From the NCBI GenBank assembly GCA_048128005.1, contig JBEUKZ010000093.1, positions 248,001 through 312,000 of the forward strand: a DNA stretch of 64,000 nt, in the 5' to 3' direction. The stretch is from Veleropilina oligotropha (taxonomy: Eukaryota). A program made the position numbers and the translations under genes. Below the pieces are notes generated by a model. That model saw nothing but the letters and a program-made list of their open reading frames with translations. It ran no database searches and was not told the DNA's origin. Positions 11,896 to 22,950 of this stretch are shown here, piece by piece. How positions within the stretch are numbered: the stretch's first letter is position 1; every line of letters begins with the position of its first letter.

Positions 11896-12806
11896 ACAAG
11901 TTTATCGAGTTTTTATCGTCGCTCTTCGACCGTGGTATGTCAGTGTCCGCCGTCAAAGGCTATCGGGCAACGATCGCGACCACGCTAAAGCAGTGTCGTG
12001 CCCATGCTGGCCTATCAAGCGACCGAACGATATCAGATTTTATACGATCTTACGAACTCGAGATACCGACCCGAAGAATTAAGCCACCTGCCTGGAATAT
12101 CGTACTTATTCTTAACGCATTACTCTTACCCCCGTATGAGCCGATGTCCGAGATAACCATGAGGAACTTGACGCACAAAACGGTTTTTCTGATCGCCTTA
12201 GCGTCGGGCAGGCGTTGTTCCGAGATCCATGCTTTCTCCTCCGAGCTACGAGATATACGATTCCAGTCAGACGGGTCGGTGATACTGCGTCCTATTCTTG
12301 GCTTTCTAGCCAAGAACCAACGGCCGAACGAGGACGCACCCGATGTTGTTATTCCCAAGCTAACGCTAGTCGGACGGCACGATGCAGACCGCCTCAATTG
12401 CCCGGTATGGGCGCTTCGCTTCTACCTAGACAGAACCCGTGAAATGCGGACAGGGAAATTACGTTTATTCGTATCGTATTTGCCTACTTACACCCGCGAC
12501 ATTACGAGGACAACTGTTTCGCGGTGGATTTCACAAACTGTGAGAGATGTTTACATCCGTTGTGATGACGACGACCGAACTATTTTATCGGTCCGCGCAC
12601 ATGAAGTCCGGGCAATTGCCGCGTCTGTAGCATTCCGACATAATTTAAATATCAATGCGTTACTCCAGGCTGGATATTGGAAAAACGCTAATGTGTTTGT
12701 CAAACATTATCTGCGGGACTACTCAACAAGTGCTGATGGCCTGAGCAGCTTACAGTGTGTTGCTGCACAAAGGGTTATTGTTAGACCGAGGTCTTCTAAT
12801 CAGTAA
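9849..12806 (+). CDS. DIRS tyrosine recombinase (long N-terminal extension overlapping RT)
   Basis: C-terminal YR catalytic set: ASGRRCSE (R), AHEVRA (HxxR), GYW, KHYL (Y). True start is uncertain. Confidence 0.93.
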   Translation: MPAPAGGSVPVSTQPALARADRQQLGPLSRECRIQVGIQPASDLNRGTTNKTRSTPKRRETSGLRPGSAGFAPKKSDISRAAQHTRILQPFLPGPETRWPLETDPRSLVPKPISSYREIPARNPLEDSSGHPSGRLGSVYRSRRRVSACPDACHGSSVPSVYTRGDDLPIQVPTVRSIVSPVRLHENSTGPRGLPTLSRAQGTYVPRRLADPRGVPGSVPPVYELYPVIDEAPGISDQRDKILLRALDDVYVPRSRLRYGPVHREADPEAYAEPTRGYPRHPVIGHNYGATTGHCPGAHRVGSAPATDGSHGQKTVTTGVQGSLDTTDGAVDGSHRSTALVYRHDSSVVEPRFAGPVGSYIPTRAERLPVHRRFERRLGWSPRQLRDIRPMADRPSGTTYQLPRVRSRLPVSTVPLVTSPQQAYNARHGQHDCRRLHTAPGRYSLASPMRPSNRPTPLSDVPQLDDSSPTHPGKAECQSGFALSEITDNTHRVDATQPSSSGCLPPVVATPSRFVCNRIQLPTTSVCLPVPRPGRPSGRRNVNDMGESVRVCLPPDVHSITGITEGSDRTLRDNANSAPVSHATLVSDPPRSDRRSTVSVTAETRPVNATTLPCTPRVAEPLTFTRLAVIERSLAKKGFSKATALRIYLSRRISTTKVYDYRWVKYVDWCHSRQVNILRPPVNKFIEFLSSLFDRGMSVSAVKGYRATIATTLKQCRAHAGLSSDRTISDFIRSYELEIPTRRIKPPAWNIVLILNALLLPPYEPMSEITMRNLTHKTVFLIALASGRRCSEIHAFSSELRDIRFQSDGSVILRPILGFLAKNQRPNEDAPDVVIPKLTLVGRHDADRLNCPVWALRFYLDRTREMRTGKLRLFVSYLPTYTRDITRTTVSRWISQTVRDVYIRCDDDDRTILSVRAHEVRAIAASVAFRHNLNINALLQAGYWKNANVFVKHYLRDYSTSADGLSSLQCVAAQRVIVRPRSSNQ

Positions 12807-13640
12807 GTATTGTTCTCTGATTGATCATTTGCATATTTACTGACGCCATTTTATTTTTGTTGGCCAACGGTGCTACGAAAATTAACACCTATGAGGCAGT
12901 TCAATGTCTGTTCATTTCTTAAATCTAATTTAAGATTTTGTACTTTTCATGTCAGACCTGAGCAGTTGACAGCCAGATTACATTGAATTTAATAAAACAA
13001 CTTTTATAATTTTGCACAAATCTTAAAAAAGATTGAGGTTCAATATTATTTTGTTCTTTGCTGTAATCGAACATACGATGTTCAATACATTAAAAAATGT
13101 TGATTCCTTAACATTTATTTTTAAGTAACATGTCGAACATTTTTGCTTCCTTAAAATTTATTTTAAGTGACATGTCGTCCATGTTAGCGTTCGCAAGTTG
13201 GTCATGCGAATTACTTATTAATATCGATTATTTATAATAATCTATTAATTCTTTGCTTTTGATTTAAAGCTTTCACAACCTGTTAGGTTCCGTGTGCTTA
13301 CAAATCCGACTGCATCCTCTGGCTACCGGCCTTCGGCCAGGAGTACCATTTGGCTGCCACTGGTCCATGACACGTAAGACCTACAGGGATTTATCCTTCC
13401 GGCCGTGCCTGGGGCTGACTGCACTTCCGTTCACCTCGTCCGACTCACACCACGGCGTATTCTCCCGGTAACACTGGTCGAAATTCTCGCTTGGTAAGAG
13501 TAGAATATAATACTCAGTAAAAATTCCACTCTAGGCGGACACAATCGACGCTTCATGCTGATTGAATTGGTGACAAGTAAGTCATTATCTTGTTTGGGTT
13601 TGTTGTAAGGAACGTCTTACCCACCTATCCAAGGTTATTC

Positions 13641-13731
13641 TGGCAAGAGTAAGGACGTAAGTATGTTTGTAACTATATATGAGGTTTTAATGTAAACCTA
13701 ATATTAGTATAAAACATACTTACGTCCTTAC
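13641..13731 (+). repeat. DIRS internal complementary region (ICR)
   Basis: First half is the reverse complement of the left terminus and second half of the right terminus, joined at ATGA (TCAT on the other strand). Confidence 0.95.
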
Positions 13732-13792
13732 CACGATTACCCACCCTGCGTTTCGCATTCCTCCCCTCTACTACGTTCCTTTGTGGTTTTTG

Positions 13793-14008
13793 AACTTTGA
13801 ATTGATGTCATGTGACTTCTATGGTTCAGAAGTCTCGCGAGACTTGGCGAGATCTCGCGGGGGAACGTGGTTGAGGAGGAGCAGGGGAGGTAACCGTGGT
13901 ACGTTTTTGCGTCTTTGACTTATTAATAGTGCATAACGTGACTTATTCACTGTTTCCGGTTGGCAATAATATTACTATTATGGCAAGAGTAAGGACGTAA
14001 GTATGTTT
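13793..14008 (-). repeat. DIRS right inverted terminal repeat
   Basis: Reverse complement of 6577-6792, followed by a right-end extension to 14041. Confidence 0.95.
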
Positions 14009-14070
14009 TATACTAATATTAGGTTTACATTAAAACCTCATTTACACTTTCAAGCACTCTCAAGCTTCAT

Positions 14071-14775
14071 ATGCTTACACATACAGGGCTGAAACCTCAT
14101 TTATGTAGTATTTGCGATAAATCATTTTCACAGCTTGGCAATCTCAAGCGACATATGCTGAATCATACAGGACAGAAACCTCACCAATGCAATGTGTGCC
14201 ACAAGTCGTATTCAAACTCTCACTATCTCCATCAACATGCTGCCATTCATACTGGAGGGAAGAAGTATCCATGCACTTTATGTGACAGATCATCTACTAC
14301 ACATGACAATCTCCGTAAACATACTTTAACCCATACGGGAGAAACCCCATATCAGTGCGGCATTTGTGACAAGTCATTTAACCAATCAGGCAACCTCAAA
14401 CGGCATATGCTGATCCACACAAAAGAGAAACCTCATCAATGTAGTATTTGCAATACATCATTTTCACAGCATGGCCATCTCGAGAACCATATGCTAACTC
14501 ATACAGGACAGAAACCTCACCAATGCACTGTGTGCCACAAGTCGTATTCAAGTTCTCGGTATCTCCGTCAGCATGCAGCCATTCATACTGGGGGGAAGAA
14601 GTATCCATGCACTTTATGCGACAAATCATTTATTACACATGATAATCTCCATCAACATACGTTAATCCATACAGGAGAAACCCTATATCAGTGCGACAAA
14701 TGCCACAAGTCATTTAACCGATCAGGCAACCTCAAACAGCATAATGCTAATCCACACAAAAGAGGAACTTCATGA
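14071..14775 (+). CDS. C2H2 zinc-finger array (3' part of ZF gene 1)
   Basis: About 8 fingers; in-frame continuation of the finger interrupted at 6566. Confidence 0.85.
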   Translation: MLTHTGLKPHLCSICDKSFSQLGNLKRHMLNHTGQKPHQCNVCHKSYSNSHYLHQHAAIHTGGKKYPCTLCDRSSTTHDNLRKHTLTHTGETPYQCGICDKSFNQSGNLKRHMLIHTKEKPHQCSICNTSFSQHGHLENHMLTHTGQKPHQCTVCHKSYSSSRYLRQHAAIHTGGKKYPCTLCDKSFITHDNLHQHTLIHTGETLYQCDKCHKSFNRSGNLKQHNANPHKRGTS

Positions 14776-14920
14776 ATGCACTGTATGTTATGTCATTTTC
14801 ACGATCAGACAATCTCAAGCGACATTTGTTAATCCATACGCGTGAGCGGCCTCAGTAATTTGTTGTGTCTGGCAAGTTGTTTTCAAGGCCTTTACATCTC
14901 CAGCAACATGCTGTTATCCA

Positions 14921-15147
14921 TATGTCCGCGATAGCTCAACTGGTTAGAGTGTCGGAAAACGTTTTGTGGGACGGCATGATGTGGGTTCAAACCCGCTCCG
15001 GCCTGGCTTATTCTAAGGCTTGAAACTAATAGATGGAATATCCCTAATGTATATCAGTCAGATCGGAGCGAGACCTTAGACCGAGTGTCCCGATAAGCCT
15101 GAAAAATTGTCAAAGGGTCGTAAAACAAAGTTGTCACTTCAACTCAA
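14921..15147 (+). mobile_element. tRNA-derived SINE (family B) inserted in a degenerate zinc finger
   Basis: Box A TAGCTCAACTGG, box B GGTTCAAACC and an (AACTC)-type tail. 10-bp TSD CTGTTATCCA at 14911-14920 and 15148-15157. Removing it restores QQHAVIHTE. Confidence 0.8.
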
Positions 15148-15389
15148 CTGTTATCCACACTGAAGTACAGAAATCTCTCCAATGAGTTGTGTGCTGCAAG
15201 TCATATTGAGATTATCGATGTCTCCGGCAACATGCATCGATCTATCTCGGACCGCAGTAGTGATATACATTATATCACAGATATGAAATATCCCACACCT
15301 AACACTATTTGGCTATCTACTAACAAACACTGATATTGCATTGTATTGAATAATCATTGTTCCGAAATGAAATGTTTGAGGATGATATC

Positions 15390-15577
15390 GGCGCTTTGAC
15401 AGTCATGTGGTTCGGTTGCGGACCCCAAAAAAATACTGGCTTGATAATGTTGACCGATGCAAACAGTAGTGGGTTCGAACCTCGTTTAGGACATTATTTG
15501 TTCAAGTTATGAATCACAGTTGTCTGTATTAAACTGGTCGGAGAGGTCATGTTTCCACGGGCTTTTCTCTCAGGATA

Positions 15578-15580
<3 letters not shown>
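15390..15580 (+). mobile_element. Old family-A-related SINE, 5' part (3' part at about 23839-23908), split by the LINE
   Basis: AACAGTAGTGGGTTCGAACC...TTGTTCAAGTTATGAATCACAGTTGTC matches the family. The remainder, ACATGTCCTGCTTTGAAC...ATATACAGGAC, resumes at about 23840. Confidence 0.7.
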
Positions 15581-15611
<31 letters not shown>

Positions 15612-15832
15612 TCTTTATTTATAGAAGGTAGCTCATTTAGCATAATGCTATTCTTCCATGAGGCCTTCTCAAAATACTACAATAAGACATAAATAATAAA
15701 TGAAATATATAAACATATGTACAGTAACATGAAGTCATAGCAGCATATAATAATGAAATCTAAAGTATTGTCAATCAGCAGTTGAACTGTAGCACTCTGT
15801 GCAACACAGAGTGTACTGTCATTGTTTCTAAA

Positions 15833-18800
15833 TCAGCCATCATTTAACATATATTCAAAGCAGTTGTTTTTAAAAGTAGCGAGGTTACACGCTGATTTAA
15901 TGTCTTTGGGCAACCTGTTCCAGATAGTTACTCCTGAAAGTTGAAGGCTTTTCCAATATAACTGTTTGGAAAATTTTGGTACAACAAGATTTCCATTGTC
16001 AATTGATCGCAGTGAATAGTCGGATTGCATGTTAATAAATAGATCCTGTAAATATTGAGGTGATATACCATTTAAAGATTTATAAACCAGTATTGCTTTA
16101 TTATAAGCAATCCTTTTATCAATTTTTAACCATCGGAGTTCTTTAAACAGTGGACCAGATGGAGAATCAAATGGTTTGTCAAGTATAATACGGGCAGTTC
16201 TCTTTTGTAACCTCAGGAGTCGTTCTAAATTTAGCTTGGAACAGTTTCCCCACACAGTGAGGCAGTACTCAAATATAGGCTGAATATATCCATTAAAGCA
16301 GAGAATTCGAGTTTTCTTAGGAAGATACCTCTTGATTCGTGATAAGAGTGCTATTTTTGAAGTTAGGATTTTGCAGACTTTATTAACCTGAAAATCCCAA
16401 TTGAGAAATTTATCAACGTGGACACCAAGAAGTTTATGGCTTGGAACCTCCTCAATTCTTGAATTATTTGCATATAATTTCAACTCTTTGTTTTCCAAAT
16501 GAGATAGCTTCTGTGTAGTTGTTATTAACATGCATTTTGTTTTCTTAACATTTAAAAGCATATTGTTACTTTTACACCATTTTTCAATATTAATTAGATC
16601 ATCTGCTAAGTTTGTTTCAACTTTGTTTAGTGTTGCTCCTGAAGAATGCAGAGTGCTGTCATCGGCAAACAAATCAATGTTGCATTTTTCCGCATTGAGT
16701 GGCAAATCATTGATGAATATTAAAAATAAAAGGGGGCCTAAAACTGAACCTTGTGGGACGCCTGTTTTAACTTCTGAGGGAACAGATTTCTTGCTGCCAA
16801 AGCTAACATATTGAGTTCGTTGACTGAGATAGGAAGTCAGCCATTTTATAACATTTTCATCAAAGTTATACGATTTTAATTTGGAAATGAGAATTTTATG
16901 GTCGACTAAATCAAAAGCTTTCCTAAAATCTAGGTAAACTACACCAGTTAAATTTCCTGCGTCCATTTCTTTCAACCATGTGTCCGTTAATTTGGTGAGT
17001 GCTGTTTGGCAAGAATGCGATTTTCTGAAACCTGATTGTTCCCTATGTAGAAGGTTATTTTCATTTAGATAACTATACATCAAGTTAGCGACATGTCTTT
17101 CAAATATTTTAGATAGAGTAGGCAAAATAGATATTGGTCTGTAGTTTGCAGGGTCGTCCCTAGCCCCACTTTTGAAGATAGGTGTTACTTTAGCACACTT
17201 AAAGAGATCAGGATATTCATTATTTTTGATACTAAGATTAATGATATGCGTTACTGACTTAGCAACAACTGGTGCACTGAGTTTCAGTAATTTTGGGCCA
17301 ATGCTGTCAGTTCCTGTTGCTTTATTAACATTTAAAGACATTAGAGTTTTATAAACGTCAATTTCTGAAGCAATGCACAATTTAAAAGGCGATATTCCTG
17401 AAATCTTTTCTCTCAATTGATCATTTAGCTTGCCTGCATTGAAATTTTCAGAGTGAATGGACAGTGTCTCCGATATTTGACTAAAATATTGATTAAATAT
17501 ATCAACGGTCTCTTGAAGTGAACTCGAAGTAACATTTTCAAAATGAAGTTGTGTTGGTGGTGGGTTCGATTTACGGGGGTTTAGTTCATTTAGGTGCTTC
17601 CAAATTTCACCAGAGTTCTGATTTTCCTCTATGGCTTGCTGGTAATAGTTATATTTAGCATTATGAATCAAATCAGTCACTTTATTTCGCCAGTGTTTGT
17701 ATTTATCCCAATCTTTTTGCTTATGATATTTATCTCTTAAGTGTCTTGCATTATTGATATCAGGGGTAAGCCACCTGGGTTTAAACTGATGCTTTACACG
17801 CTTCTTTTTTACAGGAGCATGAGAATCTAAAACCTTGTTAAAAAGAGAATACCAAGTTTGAATAGCTAGGTTGCAGTTTATTTCACTTTCTATTTCATCA
17901 AAAGGCTCTGCCACTAGATCAAGCAGAAATGCATTGTCATTAAATTTTTTAAAATCTCTGTATTCAATTTCAATATGGCTTGACCTTTTTGTTGACCGCT
18001 GGGTGCCCCTTGTTGCACAAACTGGATAGTGGTCACTTATAGCATAAGCAGGTACATTAATTTCTTTTATATTTTCAGGTTTATTTGTGTAAATATGATC
18101 AATGATTGTTTCAGAATCTTTAGTAATTCGAGTGGGTGTTGTTATGAGTTGCGTAAAATCATAAAGTTCAAAGCATTGTAGCCATTTTTGAGGTGGAGAT
18201 TTTGAATAATCAATGTTAAAATCGCCAGCAAGAATTATTTCAGTATCATCCAAACTCAGGGCCTTTGCAATTTCCATGTCAAACTGCTCTATCCAGTTTG
18301 ATGCTGAATTTGGGGGTCTATATATGGAACAATACAGAAGAGGCCTTGTACATGGTAGCTTTACCTCAATCCATATACTTTCGATGTTACCAATTTCAAG
18401 ATCAGTCCTTCTCTTATATAAGATATGGTTGGCAACATAGACGATTATGCCACCTCCGCCACCACTCATCCTGTCGCACCTTTCAAATTGAAAGCCATTT
18501 ATGTCTAGGGCGTCATTGTCAACAGTGTCTGTCAGAAAAGTTTCGCATATACCAAGAATATCAACTGATCGTTTATCATTTATTGTAAGTTTTAATTCAT
18601 CAAATTTCGAAATAAGGTGTCTAATGTTTAAATTTCCTATTCTCAAACCTTTCTTTACTAATCCAAAACTGGTATTATTGTTAAGGCTACAGTCACTTTG
18701 TGTTCCTAATTTTAATGAGGGTTGCAAGTTGCCATTGCCTTTTGCTAAAGTGGCTGTTTTAGAAACAATGGCACATGTTTCTGTGCTGCTCTTTATAGTA

Positions 18801-19039
18801 CATGTACATGTATTAGATATACGCAAACCGGAATTAAAGTCATGCAAAAGTATACAGCAGACAGATAAACAAGTAATAGCATACATTATACAAGCACAGA
18901 GATATAGCATAATTAAGTCGGCAGACATTTCCTTGACAGGTTCAATGGGAATCATGACATTAGATAAAGACATATTATGATGCAGTGTGTCAGGGTATTC
19001 AATGAAATGTTGATAACATTGGTTTGTTTGATTTAACAT
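15833..19039 (-). CDS. LINE ORF2: AP endonuclease + reverse transcriptase
   Basis: APE motifs NLNIR, ICETFL, IYRPP, GDFN, IDHIY, SDH. RT motifs NYRPISIL, QSGFR, LDFRKAFD, GVPQGSVLGP, FADD. No stops. Confidence 0.96.
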   Translation of the reverse strand: MLNQTNQCYQHFIEYPDTLHHNMSLSNVMIPIEPVKEMSADLIMLYLCACIMYAITCLSVCCILLHDFNSGLRISNTCTCTIKSSTETCAIVSKTATLAKGNGNLQPSLKLGTQSDCSLNNNTSFGLVKKGLRIGNLNIRHLISKFDELKLTINDKRSVDILGICETFLTDTVDNDALDINGFQFERCDRMSGGGGGIIVYVANHILYKRRTDLEIGNIESIWIEVKLPCTRPLLYCSIYRPPNSASNWIEQFDMEIAKALSLDDTEIILAGDFNIDYSKSPPQKWLQCFELYDFTQLITTPTRITKDSETIIDHIYTNKPENIKEINVPAYAISDHYPVCATRGTQRSTKRSSHIEIEYRDFKKFNDNAFLLDLVAEPFDEIESEINCNLAIQTWYSLFNKVLDSHAPVKKKRVKHQFKPRWLTPDINNARHLRDKYHKQKDWDKYKHWRNKVTDLIHNAKYNYYQQAIEENQNSGEIWKHLNELNPRKSNPPPTQLHFENVTSSSLQETVDIFNQYFSQISETLSIHSENFNAGKLNDQLREKISGISPFKLCIASEIDVYKTLMSLNVNKATGTDSIGPKLLKLSAPVVAKSVTHIINLSIKNNEYPDLFKCAKVTPIFKSGARDDPANYRPISILPTLSKIFERHVANLMYSYLNENNLLHREQSGFRKSHSCQTALTKLTDTWLKEMDAGNLTGVVYLDFRKAFDLVDHKILISKLKSYNFDENVIKWLTSYLSQRTQYVSFGSKKSVPSEVKTGVPQGSVLGPLLFLIFINDLPLNAEKCNIDLFADDSTLHSSGATLNKVETNLADDLINIEKWCKSNNMLLNVKKTKCMLITTTQKLSHLENKELKLYANNSRIEEVPSHKLLGVHVDKFLNWDFQVNKVCKILTSKIALLSRIKRYLPKKTRILCFNGYIQPIFEYCLTVWGNCSKLNLERLLRLQKRTARIILDKPFDSPSGPLFKELRWLKIDKRIAYNKAILVYKSLNGISPQYLQDLFINMQSDYSLRSIDNGNLVVPKFSKQLYWKSLQLSGVTIWNRLPKDIKSACNLATFKNNCFEYMLNDG

Positions 19040-19096
19040 ATTATTATCATCAAGTAGTTCCTTTACAATTTCGGCATCCTCCTCTTTGCCAATATC

Positions 19097-20297
19097 CTAC
19101 CATACATTACAAGATTTACTTTTGTGGCCAATACCACCACAAGACCAGCAAGTTATTCCATTTGTGTGCCTGCACTTTGAGGACGTGTGGCCAGGTTCTG
19201 CACAAATAAAGCATTTTGCATGTTTGTACAAGGAATTTGATTCTGTATATTTATATGCAGTTAATGGCGTAGACTTTGATTTTATAATATTTACAGCCTG
19301 GTCAATATTTTGTACAAGTTTTGAAGTACCCTTGTTTGATAAATGTATACAATCTTTTGTAAACATGTCTTGTAATATTTGACCATTTCTGTTCAAGATG
19401 CTTTCATGGTTATCAATATAGTGCACATTAAAATTGAAACATAGCTGATGGAGTGCATCGTTAACTATTTCTACATCAGCGTCCTTACGAGGCACCAAAC
19501 CACAAATGAATACTTCCAAATGTGGATATTTGTCCTTAATACCGGTTAACATGTCCGAATATTCCCAGTAAATGTCCTCATCGTTTTTCCCGCAGGCAGC
19601 GTCGTTTCCGCCACAGTAGATCACAAGAGATTTAAACTGATTTAAGTTTGTGTCTTGTAATTTCCATTTAATGTCGGCAATATGTGCTCCTCTGTTCGTA
19701 TCAATCTTGACATGTCTGTGCAGACCGCGTGGACTGATGAACTTAAAAATTGACGATCCGATTAATAGTACACTGTTTGATGGCGCATTCTGTTGCGTAT
19801 TCTGTAGCTTGTCTTCGATATCATTCTTACTTTCTTCATTTGAAGATGAGAATGACAAGCATGTATTATTCTTGTCAGACTTTGATGTTTTAGTCGTCTT
19901 TTTCCTCATTTTTGTCACCTCCGCATAAGTCGTTTCAGTTTCCGGGTCAGAGTTTATAGGTGATGTTTGACATGATTTCTCAAGGCTATCAACAGTAGCG
20001 CTATGAGACTTAGAATGTGAGATGTTATGCGCATATTTTACCTCCATATTTTCCACATGACCAACAAGTTTTTCAAAATTCACTGTCAACTCTTCATAGA
20101 TACAGTTTGTTGATGTTAGAGCTGTTAGGAGGCTGCTTTTCTCATTTTGATTCTTGCTTAAAACTTCTTTTAAATGTTTTACCTTGTCTTCTAAGAAAAA
20201 ACTTTCAGTATTGGTTTTCGCTAGGCTTGCCTTTATTTGTATTATCTCTGCTTCCAACTTGTGTTTTTCTGTCGATCCCGTATTTTGTATCTGATTG
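19097..20297 (-). CDS. LINE ORF1, 3' part: coiled coil, SGNH esterase-like domain, two CCHC zinc knuckles
   Basis: LLIGSSI, YCGGND and DCIHL (SGNH blocks); CFICAEPGHTSSKC and CWSCGGIGHKSKSC. Confidence 0.85.
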
Positions 20298-20762
20298 ATT
20301 TCTGACGAATGTAGGTCAAAATGGCCCCGGTCAAAATGGCCCCGGTCAAAATGGCCCCGGTCAATATGGCCCCGGTCAAAATGGCCCCGGTCAAAATGGC
20401 CCCATGAGCAAACTAGGTCAAAATGGCCCCAGAGATAAAATAATATTATAGAAAATAAAATCTATATCTATATCTAAATGAATAAATAATGACTATTAAG
20501 TGATAATATAACAACAACAGATGATAGAAAGTAATATATTTTAATATATTCTCAAAGGATAAATATACAACTATAAACATTACGGTTCTGATGAAAGTAT
20601 TTTACATCCTTCTGCTCGATTGTACTCAATGTTACTATGCAAACATAAACTATAAATCTGACAAACTAAATTAACGTCATTATGGTCAGTTATCCTCAAA
20701 ATGTATACAGTACAGTATATGCAACCATAAATCAGACTGAACTGAAATTGCACAACTAACTA

Positions 20763-22223
20763 TTAATGTCCAATATGAATGTTGTGCCCAACACCACGCA
20801 AGAAATTCGCTAGTACCGATCGGCCTTCACTGTATTCGGTACACAGTGTTTTCAGTCGGCGTTGTTGCTGTATGTGCACGCGTTTCGTCCTCTTCTTAGG
20901 GGGATTTCCAATCGTCGCCTGAGATAGCATTGTTGTGGAATTACACTCTTCAATTTGAAGGTGCTTTATTAATTTCCATATCGATGGATGATAGAATCCA
21001 ACCAACTGGCTGAAACGGCTATTCCAGCCTTCACACATGTTGTTGGTGCGGGGATCATCGTTTAATGTCTGTTCATGCACATTCCAGAGCTCGGGAGGGA
21101 ATCTGGCCGGAATGCGTCGAATTTGCAAACGGTTTGCTTCGTCAACCACAATTCGTCGTTGTCGGTATATCCCGTTAACGTACGTGGCATCGAAATAGGC
21201 CATCAGAGCATCTGCTCCATCGGGGGCGATTTCTCGAAGATGTGCCATGCCGCGCACGACATCAGCCACGGGCAAAAATGCCAAACCGTCGAGCATTCCA
21301 CAAAACAGTCGAAAATCTTCTTCAGTTTTATAGCGAACGACAAGTCCCAACTCCTGGATCTTTCGCCAGGTTGATTGAGCGAGATGGTAAAAGCAGCCCT
21401 TGGATTGAGTGCCATCTCCCAAAACTGACCGAACTGCTTGAATAACGCTGGTTTCGTAATCCAGAATGACGAATTCGGGATCGCAGACACACCCCAAGTC
21501 ATCGCACTTGTCGAGGATAGCTTGTAATAGTTCTTCATATGCAGCCTGTGATTTCCGTTGAAGGAGCGCATAGACGAGTGGCACAGAGACTTCACCAAGA
21601 GGGGCGTGCACGACATAGAGTTGTAGAAAGCCCGCTGGGGCAATGGAAAAACACCCATCCATCATCCAGCGATGGGAATTTGCCAACTTTAGCAAATGAT
21701 CATCGGTGGCAAAAGCAATGATGCGACTGTCGCTTTCAGGGCCATTATCATAAAACAAGAATCTCTTTGGGTTCTGCTCTCTAGTTTGAGCCCAGTCACT
21801 ATCGACGTCAATAACGAGGTCACGGAGGGTCGCGGGCACTTCTGGAAATTCAGCAACTCGCTGTCTTCGAATAACTCGTTTGCAGATTGACGATTCAGGC
21901 ATATGGGTTTTCGTTTGCAAATCAACAACCTGTAGAGTTTGGGCAAATATCAGGGCAGGTTTATCGTTCGTGGCAGTTGCTCTCGCTTTCATCGTGGTGC
22001 GTGCTTTAGCCACTTTGATTTCAGTTCCGTTTGGTTCATGGTTATGATCACTCGAAATAATCGGAAACTCTAATTCATGACTTGTGCTCAGTCGAGATTT
22101 ACATCCATTTGATCGTTTTACGCATCTCCAATGAATGAAATTAGTTGACGTCTTCTGGACTGTATACATGTAATGGTTGTGACAAAGTTTGCGTCCGCCC
22201 TTAGTACTTGTTATAACTTCCAT
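20763..22223 (-). CDS. MULE transposase with N-terminal FLYWCH domain
   Basis: FLYWCH: YMY...WRC...C...HNH. DDE core: MDGCF, LDYE, GCFYH, RTNNMCEGWN. Confidence 0.93.
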   Translation of the reverse strand: MEVITSTKGGRKLCHNHYMYTVQKTSTNFIHWRCVKRSNGCKSRLSTSHELEFPIISSDHNHEPNGTEIKVAKARTTMKARATATNDKPALIFAQTLQVVDLQTKTHMPESSICKRVIRRQRVAEFPEVPATLRDLVIDVDSDWAQTREQNPKRFLFYDNGPESDSRIIAFATDDHLLKLANSHRWMMDGCFSIAPAGFLQLYVVHAPLGEVSVPLVYALLQRKSQAAYEELLQAILDKCDDLGCVCDPEFVILDYETSVIQAVRSVLGDGTQSKGCFYHLAQSTWRKIQELGLVVRYKTEEDFRLFCGMLDGLAFLPVADVVRGMAHLREIAPDGADALMAYFDATYVNGIYRQRRIVVDEANRLQIRRIPARFPPELWNVHEQTLNDDPRTNNMCEGWNSRFSQLVGFYHPSIWKLIKHLQIEECNSTTMLSQATIGNPPKKRTKRVHIQQQRRLKTLCTEYSEGRSVLANFLRGVGHNIHIGH

Positions 22224-22345
22224 GTTGGTCAAAACCAGAATGAATACTCTAAAGCTGAGCAATGCTTTTTATATAATTTCATCACAGTACGTCAATAGAT
22301 ATGATTAATTATCAACACCTTCACCTTCTTCAAAGAGTTATATCA

Positions 22346-22443
22346 ATCCAAGCTACTTAGTCTCTAAATCCAAGCTACTTAGTCTCTACATCAAAGCTAC
22401 TTAATCTCTAAATCCAAGCTACTTAGTCTCTTTACCCAAGCTA
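22346..22443. repeat. About 21-bp tandem repeat (ATCCAAGCTACTTAGTCTCTA) inside the MULE
   Basis: 4-5 adjacent copies. Confidence 0.8.
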
Positions 22444-22576
22444 GCCTGACGGAGGTGAGAATCGAATAGACACCATCAACAATACACTTCTATTTTAACT
22501 GAATACAATCTCATTTGTGGCTTATGCACCTAAGGTAATCCATCTTTTAAAAATACAATTGTGGAATTGTGGAATA

Positions 22577-22812
<236 letters not shown>

Positions 22813-22950
22813 TTTTTTAAAATCTGAGGGCCATTTTGACCTAGTTTGCTCTTGGGGCCATTTTGACCGGGGCCATTTTGACCATTTTTTTTGGACCGGG
22901 GCCATTTTGACCGGGGCCATTTTTGACCGGGGCCATATTGACCGTACACC

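Larger units (their letters stand above)
6567..14041 (+). mobile_element. Full-length DIRS1-like tyrosine-recombinase retrotransposon
   Basis: Inverted terminal repeats, an internal complementary region, and overlapping gag-like, RT/RNase H/MT and YR ORFs. A TCAT core is present at both host junctions. Confidence 0.96.
4747..15240 (+). pseudogene. C2H2 zinc-finger gene 1, disrupted by a premature stop, a DIRS insertion, a frameshift and a SINE insertion
   Basis: Splice-acceptor-like TTTCAG at about 4746. Fingers run 5280-6566 and resume at 14042 (CYKS|FTLSSTLKLH). Frameshift near 14745; degenerate fingers to about 15240. Confidence 0.75.

Noticed and set aside
7618..12442. Short alternate and antisense ORFs inside the DIRS
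   Set aside because: GC-rich shadow ORFs with no recognisable domains.
13285..13500. Hammerhead or HDV ribozyme
   Set aside because: No CUGANGA/GAAA core with proper stems and no complete HDV pseudoknot could be built by eye.
14924..15003. tRNA gene
   Set aside because: A and B boxes are present but there is no convincing cloverleaf. It continues into a SINE body and is bounded by a TSD.
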